Assembly (NCBI GenBank): GCA_964016885.1
Contig: OZ024743.1
Span: 218,550,001 to 218,614,000, forward strand
From: Eledone cirrhosa
Taxonomy: Eukaryota
Length of the DNA: 64,000 nt
Direction: 5' to 3'
This document shows positions 51,896 to 64,000 of the stretch, in pieces (position 1 is the stretch's first letter; each line of letters opens with the position of its first letter). Under the pieces are notes generated by a model, which saw nothing but the letters and a program-made list of their open reading frames with translations, made no database searches and was not told the DNA's origin. The translations under genes were made by a program, and so were the position numbers.

Positions 51896-52542
51896 TTAAA
51901 CCCTACTTTGGTATTGAGTACACTTTTCTCTTGGCTGTCAACTACATATGGATATATATATACATTTATTTATTTTACTGTATATTATGTTTTGTTTTTA
52001 ACTATTATTTATATTATATATTTCTTGTTTCAATCCCCATTTCCTACTACAACCCCTGCCAGTATAAGAAGTTTCTCACTTTTTTTCTTTCAACAGTGCT
52101 TCAAAATATAAATCCATTTGTGGTTTTCTTTGTATTTATTTTATCAATTTAACAATTTTTTAGTTATTTATTTTAGATCAAACTCAAAAGGAAGTGCATA
52201 AGAAAAATTTTTTTCTTTCTGTTCTTTTTTAAAAAAAATACTAAATAACATGACATGAAGAAAACTATGATTACACATTCAAAAAATGGATTTCAAGAAT
52301 AAGGAAAGATGGATAGTTCTAGAAAGAATAATACCTCTCAAAACAACCAACCAACCGACCATCCAACCTTCCTCCTATTCCAATCTCCACTCCACACATA
52401 CATACTGACCTTTTTTCTATCATTCTTCATCAAATCATTAAGCTTATTTGATATCTCCAACTTTATAAATTTCTTTCATTTTCTTTAAACATATTGCTTT
52501 GTTTTGTTTGATGTTTATTATACTATATACATAAATGTACTA

Positions 52543-52820
52543 TGTCATTGTTGTTGGTGTTGTTGTTGCAGTGATTGTTGTAGTCAATGTTGTTGTTGTT
52601 GTTGATGTGGTGATTGTTGTCATTGTTGTTGTTGTGGTGATTTTGTTGTAGTTGTTGTTGTTGTGGTGGTGGTGGTGATTGTGGTCATTGTTGTAGCCAC
52701 TGTTAGTGTTGCTGATGTGGTGATTGTTATTGTCATTCTTGGTGTTGTCATTGTTGTTGTTGATGTTGTGATTGTTGTAGTTATTGTTCATGTTGTTGTT
52801 GTGCTGACAGTTGTTGTCGT
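52543..52820. repeat. Degenerate (GTT)n trinucleotide repeat
   Basis: Direct reading. Confidence 0.85.
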
Positions 52821-53549
52821 GGGATTGTTTTTCTGTGTGTGGCATGCAGGTTGGGGTAGAGAGTTTTTTGTCATCTTTTTTCAACTAATTTGAATTATTA
52901 TTCTAAAATCAGTAAAAAAAATTATGTAGTAAAAACTTATACTAAAATAACAGCTTACTTGCTAAGTTTGGTACACACATATATACGTATATACATATAT
53001 ATATATATATATACACACATACATACATACATACGTACATACATACATTCTATTGAACATTAGCAATATGAAAACTGGATAATAAACTGTAGATGATGTT
53101 GGAGAAAGAAATATATATATATAACCACACATGCATACATATGCATAGATTTATGCATGCATATATACATGGCAGGATTAAAAGTTTTTATCTTTTCAAG
53201 TATATATATATATTTATATGACTCAAACACGCTCCAGTATTCTAATCCTTATATATTTATATATATATATATGTATGTATATATCATAATCATTTACTGC
53301 CCACTTTCCTTGCTAGCAAGGGTTGGATTATATATATATATATAATATATATCTCATCATTGTCCCTTTAATGTCAGCTTGCCTTGTACATATGGAAATC
53401 AGACATAAAATAATGATATTCATAATATATATACATACATATATGCATGCACACACACACACACACACATATATATAGATATATATATATGTGTGTGTGT
53501 ATATATGTATATATATATTTATATATATTTATATATATATATATATACA

Positions 53550-53601
<52 letters not shown>

Positions 53602-55676
53602 TATATATATATATATATATAAACTTTACATCTTGGCTTTATTACAGTTCATTGTTATTTGGCTGTGTTGTAAACATAGAATAATTATCTTAGTAATACA
53701 AGAAGAACAATTCAGAACAATACCCACACGCAGTGAGTTGTGGACAACTAACAAACAATACCAGTGTAAAAACGTTCCTGTTTATAGAAATAGAAAAAGG
53801 GTAATATCTTAGCAAGCCGACATTGTGACATTTTATTTAAATTTCTTGTAGAAGATATTTCATTTCAATTATACTGTTGTTGACGATGAAGCCTCCAGCA
53901 GTTATGTCAACAAGTATTCAGTTGTTTGATAAATGCAGCTACCACCCCTGGTTCTAAGCTGTTTATTTCAAATACCTTCTATCATAATTTTATGTAAAAA
54001 CCTTTGTTAAGTTATGCTCCAAACTCCACACCAGTATACTAATGAGAAAGTTAGTTATATTATTAGTGCCTTCCAAATTCCTGATTTTCAAAATGTTTGA
54101 AAATATTAAACGGATGGTGCCCCAGCATGGCCATAGCCTGTCAACTGGTATAATTAAAAGGGCTTGGTATTTCTTGAGAGACACCCATTCATAGCATCTG
54201 ACTACCATCCGACTACCTCATTTACCACCCTTCTTCCTATTCTATTTTTTTCTGCTGCTTCCAGTTGGATCCTTCCATTTTTGGATCCCTCCATCTCCCC
54301 CATTTTCCCCTTCCACCCTTTCCTTCTATTAACCATGCATGCAACCTCAGAAAACTTCTTGTCCACAGTTCCCTTTCTCCCCACAACTTCTCTCCTGGAT
54401 CACACCCCTGCTTGCAACACATGCTACCCCAGCAGACCCAATGACAGCTCCTTCCATGTTAGGGACACTTTTAGCTGCACCTTCAGGGCCTTGTTTATGG
54501 GCACTGTTACATGCTATGCGAAGCCATCTACATTGGCCAAACTGGCTATCCAATTTACCAAACATTTCTGCTCTGCCAGTGATTCCAAATAGCCCCTCAC
54601 TGTCACCAGCCTCACATCCTGCACTGAACACATGAACTTGCACCTCCAAAGAGAACAGTAGCTCATTTTTTACTCCAAACTTCTACCCCTTATTGCCTGA
54701 TGCAATGCCCCTCTTCCTCAAATTTGCTCCCGCACGACATCCACACCCCATCCATATGCACACCAAGACACAAGCACCATCCCTACAGCACTCAGAAATA
54801 CTCACATACCCGCACTTAGTTTTATTACACATTCAACAAAAACTTTAAAACACTAATAAACACATATATAGAAAGACACTTATATGCACACACACGCACA
54901 TCAGCACATGTACACACACATCTGCCCATGTATACACACATCTGCCCATGTACACATACATTTCTCACTTAGCATTATATATTGTTGTGATGCTATGATG
55001 ATGAAACTGTCATCATATTTATTCTAACCTCAGCTATTTCACCTTTTGAAGTTAAATTTTGTTTTTTCATGAAACAGCTAAGTTTGTTAAAATATTTTTT
55101 ATTTATATTTGATGCACACACAGACAAACCAATTCACAGTGTTAACGATGTATACACCACTCCATCAACACATATGCTCATACATACAAAATAGAATTAA
55201 ATACAACACATATACTCACTTGCCCCTCGTTTATATTCTCTTCTAATCTTTGAACTTCCACTTTCTTTTTTCTACTTTTACCACTCCTGGTGAAGGACTA
55301 ACAACTGACACATTGAACTTTCCTTTTCTTCACAGTTTAAAGTGTGAAACTAATAAGACTACTTGTTATTGTATCTCTTACTTTATCATTTTTTAACTAT
55401 ACATATATACATATTTGTTATTATAGAAATTACTTTTACAGGAATAGACTAAAAATAATCATCATTCTTATAATTTCTTACGGATGTAACACATCTAGTC
55501 TTGTAGAAGTCATTTCTATAATAAACATGCCTATACACTAATAACGTATTGAGTACCTTCCTTAACCATGGTAACCTCCTGATATACATATGGAATCCAT
55601 CAATAATATATATGTAGTGACTGTACATATATATATATATATATATATTCTTCCTGCTCTTGCTCAATGATAGTAG

Positions 55677-56760
55677 TGTCAACCTAAGTCAGTGATCCCA
55701 GAGGCATCATCATGCGTAGAGCCGATCAGGTTCACCAGTACCTTCCATTGCTGACTGTCTCGTGTCAGCCCCTCTACATCCTCCGAAATGATGTCGAGCT
55801 TCTGGAGATCTTCCTTGATGACATCCAGCCATTTGGTGCAGGGCCTGCCACGGTGTCTCTTCCAACCTGTAGCTGCAGCCACAAATAAGAGTAATGCCCT
55901 GGTAAGATGATCTGGTGGGAGGCAGAGGACATGACCATACCAGTGCATGCAGTGGATGGCTTTGAGGCAGCGAGTTGATGTGTGCACACACGCAACTCTT
56001 TGTTGGAAACATGGTGGTACCATCTGATGTTCTCGCTGGTCTTCAGGACTTTGCTATTGAAGCTGTCAATCCCCTTTGCCAGGGTCTTTGCAGGGGGCCA
56101 TGTTTCTGCTCCATAGAGGATAACAGAGATGAACAACACATTGTAGATACAGAGCTTTATCTTCCAGAAAATAGAGCAGTGGTGCCAAAAGGGCTTCCAT
56201 AGGGAGTGGATTACCCTGGTGGCCAGACCACATCTGCTGTTGACCTTCAGGGTCATGTCTTCATTGTTGGTGACTATTGAGCCCAGGTAAATGAACGATC
56301 TGAAAAAGTCCACAACATTGAAGCCAGGATGAAGCAGGGGAGGATCTGGGCCAACGTCGACATGCAACAACTTGGTCCTCGCCCAGCTCACCTGTAAGCC
56401 AAGCTTTGCTGATTCTTCCCAGTATATGGTCAGTGTGTCCCTGAGCTGATCAATCATGTTGCATACTCCACGCTGGAAAGGTGGTAGTTCCCGAAGGTAA
56501 TGCTAAAAACTCATTTACAGACCTTGGTCATCAGACAGTTGATGACACAATTGAAGAGGTCGTGGGCAGCCTCACAGCCCTGTCTGACCCTGCTTCTGAT
56601 GGGGAACCAGTCGGGGCCCTTCCCATTCACCTGCAAGCAACTCTTGGCACTGAAAAAGCTATTGGAACAGGACAGAACTCCCGAGATCTTTCAATAATGA
56701 GACAGAGGACAGAAATGTGGTTGGCAGTAGATTGATTTGGCATGAATCCAGCTTGTTGTG
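55677..56760 (-). mobile_element. Degenerate RTE LINE of a second lineage
   Basis: VRQGC...LFN, FIYLGS, LYGAETW, WYGHV, GRPCTKWLDVIKEDL. Confidence 0.8.
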
Positions 56761-57208
56761 TTAAAAGAAACAAAGTTTTTGATGGGATCAACTCATTACC
56801 TTACACACATTTCACTAACAAAATAAAAAATCAATTAATATACATACATTTGTTTTTTAAATAAACTTATATCATCATATGATTCCTAAGATTGTCAGAG
56901 CGTCAGAAATAAATGAAGGCCAAAATTAATCCCAGGGAATGAATAGAAATGGAATGAGGTCAATAGGGGATATAACCATATTGGCTATCTAGAAAACAGT
57001 CCATACTAAATTATATATATACATATGATGTATACACACACACACACATACACAGATATGTTTCAGCTTGAGTTCCAGTATAAAATGAGGAAGGGTGTGT
57101 AAACTTGACAATGGTCACACACACACATACACACACACACACACATATATATAAACATATACACTGACAACCAAGCCAGCATGGAATGCAGCCGTAAAAA
57201 CAATGTTA

Positions 57209-57247
<39 letters not shown>

Positions 57248-58192
57248 GGGGACAAGGAGTGGGAATCAGAGAGAGAGTCAGCTAGAGACAGAGGCAGGGA
57301 GAGAGAGAAATTTTACTGTCTCTCTCTCTCACATGATAGCAATCTTGTAGCTATCATTGCTCTTCCATCATGCTCTCTCCCTCTCTTCCATTTCTACCTC
57401 TTTTCACACTGCTGCAAACAAAACAACTCCCCCACACATACACACACCAGTGTTGATGCCACAATAAAATACACCCAGTACATACTGTAATGCCATAGTA
57501 CTGGTGTCATGATAAAATGTACCCAGTAAACACTGTAAAGTAGTTGGTATTATGGAGGATATCTAGTCATAGAAACCATGCCATAACTGGAACATACCAG
57601 TGAGATGTGATTCGCTGACTGATCTTGTCTCGGACCCTGACAACCCATTCCAATATGCAAAACAGGCATAAAATGATGATGATGATAGTGATGATTTATA
57701 AAAGTGAGAAACTTTTATAAAACAAAATCATTAAGAGAGATGAAAAGAAATGTAAAATAAGAACTAAAATTGAAATGTGATAAAATAACTGAAACTTAAA
57801 TCCCAATATAATTTTTTTCAGATTTCAATAAATTCTTTCTTTAAACCAAATATTTTTCTTTCTTTAAACCAAATATTTTTCTTTTTATTCAAATTAAATT
57901 TCTATGAGATATTTTTTTTAGTTTATGAAAATATTTTAATTTTGTAACTAACTAGACTTTTCTCAAAGAAACAAAAAAATCTTAATTTGAATTAAAACTC
58001 AACTCTCTCTAAGTGGAAAAAAAACAACATTTTCTATTATTAAAAATACACCAGAAAATGTATAGAATTTTACTTTCTACTGAAACTTCAAAATTGTGTG
58101 TCATTTTCAACCATATTAGACTAGTAAATACATATACAAACTAACAGAGACACTGCCAACCCCTACACACATATACAATCACATGAATTTAC

Positions 58193-58298
58193 CTTTAGTA
58201 TATCGAAACATTTCTGTATTTTCCGCATGTCAGCTCCAACATCTAAGACTGCTTCCAGCTTAGTATCTTCTAAGTATTGGTTTACTAAATGTTTACAT
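58193..58298 (-). CDS. KIF6: KIF6 exon (stalk)
   Basis: Acceptor tttgtttttgag|, donor AAG|gtaaat, 106 nt, phase 2 to 0, compatible with both neighbours. Translates (E)CKHLVNQYLEDTKLEAVLDVGADMRKIQKCFDILK, cf. KIF6 LEVGADMRKVHHCF. Confidence 0.92.
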
Positions 58299-59239
58299 CT
58301 CAAAAACAAAACGGTTGGATGATTTTAATTACTTTTGAGGTTACTGAAATTAATTGCTTTCCAAAATGAAATTTAAGAGAAAACAAACAAAATAGATAAC
58401 TGAATAAATAAATAAATAAATAAACAAACAAATAAATAAATCAGTGGAAATAAGAGTCTTAAATCTGCCAAAATTTTTCATAGAGACTCTATAAAATATT
58501 CTTGCAAAATATATTTCTTGTAAGGTTGCAGAAGTTAATTAGAACTTGTGAATAAAAACTTTAGGTGAGATGTAATAAATTGGTATAAGATTTCATGAAA
58601 ATCTATTTAAATTTGTTTAAATTTAAGCAGCAGTGCTATAAAATGAACGAGTGTTTTCTGTAGCTTGTATTGAAAAGCTTCAAGAACTCCTCCTTTTCCT
58701 GTAAATATAGCTGAGAGAAGGATGGACTCTATAAAGCTGACAAGTGTAAGATAAACTTCCATGAAGATAAAGCCGACAGCAGTGTTTCTATGACCCACCA
58801 GAAACATTGTTAAATTATTTTATTTAATTTAAATTTTTTTTTTTTCACACACACTAACTTCATGAAAATCTTCCAAAAATATATTTCTTGTAAGGTTACA
58901 AAGTTTAATTAGAATGTTTGAATAAAGATCTAGGTGTAATGTAATCAATTCGTTTAAGATTTTATGAAAACAGATTTCAATTGGTTTTGTACCTCAACCA
59001 AATAACAGGACAAAAAATAAAAAAAAAAACAAAGAAAAGAAAAGAAAACAGAGAAAAATAGAAAAAGAGAAATTGTGACAGGTATTATACTGTTGCTCTA
59101 AATAGCTAAGGTAAAGCAGGAGGTACACCTTTTGGGGAAATTTACCTGTGATAGAGCTGTGTTAGCCAGCATCACATATGACAAGGTATATATTTAGTTA
59201 TTTACAACAACAATAACAATAATAATAATATTGATGATA

Positions 59240-59990
59240 ATAATTGTTTCTTATTTAGGCACAAGGCCAACAATTTTGGAGGAGAGGGAAAGTCAATAAA
59301 TCAACCCCAGTGCATTACTGGTGCTTTATTTTATCGACCCATAAGGATGAAAGGCAAAGCTAATCTCGGCGAGATTTTAACACAGAACATAAAGGGCTGT
59401 AACTTTATGCCGCAAAGCATGTTGCCTGACACCCTACTAATTACTGTCAATCCCCATAATGATGATAATAATAATTGTTTCTACTTTTGGCACAAGGCCA
59501 GCAATTATCCCAGTGCATTACTGGTACTTTATTTTATCGACTCCATAAGGATGAAAGGCAAAGTTAACCTCGGCAGGATTTGAACTCAGACCGTAAAGGG
59601 GCGTAACTCTAATAATAACAATAATGATGGTTTCTCATCTAAGCAAAGGCAATTTTGGGAGAAAGGGAAAGTCAATTAAATCAACCTCAGTGCATTACTG
59701 GTACTTTATTCTATTGACCCCCATAAGGATGAAAAGCAAAGTTAACCTCGGTGTGATTTGAACTCAGAACATAAAGGGACGTAACTGTATGCTGCAAAGC
59801 AGAGTGTCCAGTGCTCTACCGATAATGCCAATCCACCGCCATAATAATAATAATGATTTCTGATTTAAGCACAAGGCTAGTAATTTGGGAGGAGGAGAAA
59901 GTCAATTAAATCAAATCAGTATTTAATTGGCATATTATCTTATTGACACTGACAAGATGAAAAACAAAGTTGATCTCAAAATGTAAATAG
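59240..59990 (-). mobile_element. Tandem cluster of Nin-domain-type SINE copies
   Basis: Four or more units with CTGGTACTTTATTTTATCGAC.CCATAAGGATGAAAGGCAAAG separated by (TAA)n. Confidence 0.8.
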
Positions 59991-61604
59991 CTGTAACAAT
60001 TCTATTAATAATGATTTTTCTGTTTGGAATACAGCTCCCTAATTTTGATGGAAAGGGGTAAAATTAATTTAATGCCCACAGGATGTGCCAGGTACTTGTT
60101 TTATCAATGAATGCCTCTACATGGCTTCTCAGTTAGGTGTAGATAGCAGCCAAATTTCCTTCAAATATAAAGTATGGACTTAAAAATAAAAAAATGGCAC
60201 ATTGGATAATATAGTCTTGATAGACAATGACTAGAAAGAAAAAGACAAGATGGTCAAGGCTGAAAAGCCTTTGATTATAGGCATGTTCAAGAAGAGCTAT
60301 CAACAGCATTGGAGGCATGATGAAAGGAAAATTGACTTGAGGAGGATTTCAACTTGAAATGTAGGTAAACATAAAGTAACACCATAAGGTAATTTACAGA
60401 GAGCTCTATCATTTCTGCCACTCCCTTACTCTTTATCATCATCATCATCATTGTTTAATGTCCATTTTCCACATTAGCATAGGTTAGATCGGTTACCCCA
60501 TTGTGAGACATGTCAGATCAGGTGACCATGTGTTACTCATACAGAACTGTTTCTGGTGTGTATATATCATCATTATCAGCAGCATTTAATGTCCATTTTC
60601 CATGCGAGCATGCATTAGTCAGGTTGTCCTGGTGATATCAGGTGATTATGTCTTGCTTTCCCAGAACCGTTTCTGGCTTGGTCTCTACAGCTGGATACCC
60701 ATCCTAACGCTAACCACATTAACAATGTGGACTGGGCACTTTATAATAACAATACACTGAGTACACTATGTAAGTGATAGAGTTGAAGCTATAATAAAAT
60801 TAACTCGATACATGAAGTAGTAATGCTGGTGCTACAATAAAATGCACCCAGAATGTTCTCTAATTCTCTAAAATGTTAGTGCTTATGCTATGATAAATAT
60901 ATCCAGTACATGATAAAGTACCAGTCAAGTATGAGAATTGATTCAGCTCTCTCTCTCTTTCTCTTAGAACCAACTATGCTGTGCTGTGAGAGGATCATGG
61001 GAGGCCATTCAGTGTCCCATTCCACAAAGATATGAAGAAAGGTTGAACAATGTTATAGGAACATTTACTCATCTACCATCGAGACAAACCAGAGAACATG
61101 ACATGCATCGGTTAATAGATATATTACTTGCTTCAACTCAACTTGTAATCCATATGTCACATTGCAGCAAGTATATCACTTGTTTTATGATATTTTTTAT
61201 CAGAAAATTTTACATAAGAGTTTTTTGGAGGTTTTTTTATCTGGTCATCACTTATTTTATTTCTAGAATCATAAACAAATCTATTTCAAATAACAATAAC
61301 ACAACAGATATTTAAAAATGAAAAATGAAGGGAAGGGCTCTAGGGTCACAGAAGAATGGAAGGAGGAAGGGGGATGATGGGCTCTATACCTTGGCCACAG
61401 CGGTGTTGGGGCTGTGCCCCATGGACAAGACCACAAAAGCATTTCCTCGGATTATGAGGGAATAATAAAAAGTGAGAGAGAAAAGAAACAAAGGAAAAGA
61501 AAGAAAGAAAAAAGAAAAAAAGAAAAAAGAAAGAAGGAAAGACAGAAGAAAGGAGGGAAAAAAAGAAGATGAGATAAGGAAAGCATGTGTGTAATTATAC
61601 TTAC

Positions 61605-61795
61605 TCCTGTTCCTCTTCAGGTGAAAGTTCATCACCCCTCTGATCCCCTGTTCTCAAAACTAACTCATCTTTCAGCTGATTAACCTCTTTCTTTAGTTTT
61701 GCAATCATCAGCTTGGGATCAAATTCCTCATTTAGAATAGCATTATTCTTGATGAGTGCCACCCTTTGGGCAAAACGGCAAGTGGAGATAGATTC
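61605..61795 (-). CDS. KIF6: Kinesin KIF6 exon (end of motor domain, neck/coiled coil)
   Basis: Acceptor tctttcag|, donor |gtaagt, 191 nt. Translates ESISTCRFAQRVALIKNNAILNEEFDPKLMIAKLKKEVNQLKDELVLRTGDQRGDELSPEEEQ, matching remembered vertebrate KIF6 ESISTCRFAQRVALIKNEAVLNEE...LKDEL. Not in the ORF track. Confidence 0.95.
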
Positions 61796-63480
61796 CTGAA
61801 AGACATAGTCAATTGAATAAATAAATGGCAGTGCCTCAGCATAATCTTAGCCAGTTGTCTAGAACATGAAAAGAGTGGTGGATTGGCAGCATTTGGTAGA
61901 GCATCAGACTTGTTTTGTGGTATATAGTTATGTCCCTTTACTTTCTGAGTTCAAATCCCACCAAGGTTAGCTTTGCCTTTTGTTCTTACAGGGATGATAA
62001 AATAAAGTATCAGTAATGTACTTGGACTAAATGATTTTACCGTCCCCCAAAACATTGTTGGCCTTGTGCTTAAATCAGAAACCACTATTAATAATAGTTG
62101 TTAAACCATTCTTTCTCAGCTTTCATGGCAATAGGTGAAGAATGATGTACATACATATATATATCAAATATACACATACCAACAACTCCGTAAAATGGTT
62201 GGTGATAAGAAGGGCTACTAGCTATATAGAAAACCTGCCAAACAAAAGGTTGGGTGGACTCTTTAGTTGACAACATCCTTAGTACTGGTGTCACAATGAA
62301 ATGTATTTTGTAGTACAAGGGATTATATGAGTTCCGGCCTATCTAAGTTAGCCGACTGTTTGACAAAAAAAAAAAAAAATGAGGCTTCACCAATGAGAGT
62401 TGAAAGTTCTTGAACAAGGAATCTTGTAGAGTTTAAAGAACTGTTTTAAAAAATTTTCTTTTTTCAGTTTTATCATTTTGGACTTTAATAGTTTCTGTTG
62501 ATATACATATAGGTTTTAATAAAGCTGAAACTTTCAAAGAAGGGGGAAAGTGTAAACATGGTATAACATGTCAGTTGGACTTGTTCATTTCAATGTTTTG
62601 AAGGAAGTGATAACTGGACATTATTGTAGCTGCACAGTTTATAAGAGGAAGTGGTTTACCAGATGTTTTGGATATTGGCGAAATAAAAGGGAAGTCTTGT
62701 GTGGAAATCTTTTCATTAAGAAGGTATATAAATACATGCTACCCCAAAAAATATTCAGAAGAGATATGCAAAGAACCTGCATAAAAATAAAACAGGAGGC
62801 TAAATGGGAATAACGAACCAGTAACAAGCTTTTACAAGACATTTTTTATATGGTTTTGAATATTTACTATACAGGTGAGTTTTGGAACTTTTTTCCATGG
62901 TTGGGAACCCCTGATTTAGAGTACCAACCTTGTTGACAATCAGTCCAACTCATGCTAACAGGGAAAGTGGACGTCAAATGATGATGATGATACATAAACA
63001 TCTGTACATATAATCAAATAACTACCCATACATATCATTAACACATACACAGATATCAAACATACACACATGCTTAAAACATACACATATACATCAAATA
63101 TAGAAATAAACACAAACACAACCATATATAAATATCATACACACATACTTAATACATACACATATACATTAAATATAGACATAAAAACAAACATATATAA
63201 ATATCATTATACACACATACTTAATACATACACATATACATTAAACATGAACACACACACCCATACAGACGTATCAAACATACATGCATAACACATACAC
63301 ATGTCAAACACCAACATATATACATCAAAGATACACACATAACATATACACATATATACACACATGAATAACACATACACATATATATCAAACATTAATA
63401 CACACATATACATATCAAACATACACACATGAATAACACATACACATAAACATCAAACACCAACACATATATACAAATCA

Positions 63481-63720
63481 AACAGACACACAAACACACA
63501 TATCTATACAAATCAAACATACATACACATATACATATCAAACAGACACACAAACACACATATCTATACAAATCAAACATACATACACATATACATATCA
63601 AACAGACACACAAACACACATATCTATACAAATCAAACATACATACACATATACATATCAAACAGACACACAAACACACATATCTATACAAATCAAACAC
63701 ACATACACATATACATATCA
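63481..63720. repeat. 60-bp minisatellite, 4 near-identical copies
   Basis: AACAGACACACAAACACACATATCTATACAAATCAAACATACATACACATATACATATCA. Confidence 0.9.
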
Positions 63721-64000
63721 AACATACACACACACACACATATATATATATATATCAGTAATAGAGAAGACCCGCCTTACCTAAATACAAAGTAAAACCT
63801 ACTACAGTCAGTAGGCATCTCTAACAAAATACACCCCCGTCCCACCTCCCCTACCCCATTCACACCGCCCCTTTCAATGTAAAGTTATGTTGGTGCCACA
63901 ACATCCAGGCCGAAACAAATGAGATCGTGTAGGTGTCCCAACAAAAAAACACACAGTCCACGCTGTAATGTGGCCGTGTAGGCAACACGGTAAAAACCTC

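Noticed and set aside
54164-54649. Overlapping GC-richer ORFs
   Set aside because: No recognisable domain or splice context; probably decayed repeat sequence.
58490-58982. ~115-bp diverged direct repeats as LTRs
   Set aside because: No TG..CA ends, primer-binding site, polypurine tract or coding remnant; likely an old local duplication.
59240-59990. Regularly spaced repeats resembling a CRISPR array
   Set aside because: Units are diverged SINE copies with no unique spacers, in a eukaryotic context with no cas genes.

Overview
AT-rich, microsatellite- and transposon-dense animal DNA whose SINE/RTE complement is typical of Octopus (coleoid cephalopod). The window lies inside a kinesin KIF6 gene on the minus strand. 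Four coding exons are readable (61605-61795, 58193-58298, 43980-44133, 23854-24102) and splice in frame from the end of the motor domain into the stalk. The 19.9-kb intron 24103-43979 has a canonical minor-spliceosome (U12) donor ATATCCTTTT and a CCTTAA branch box, but its homology-supported acceptor is the non-canonical AT (AT-AT intron). An in-frame U2-type GT-AG pair overlaps it in a possible twintron arrangement. The introns hold many RTE LINE fragments, tRNA-derived SINEs, a CR1-type LINE, an R4/Dong fragment, a deleted DD37D (maT) transposon, piggyBac-like MITEs and a Penelope-like (Naiad-type GIY-YIG) element whose 555-bp inverted repeats each carry a hammerhead ribozyme motif. Several smaller (TA)n-embedded fold-back elements also carry hammerhead remnants, two of them folded back apparently at hammerhead stem II. 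All calls are by eye; protein and family identities come from remembered motifs, and repeat boundaries are approximate.
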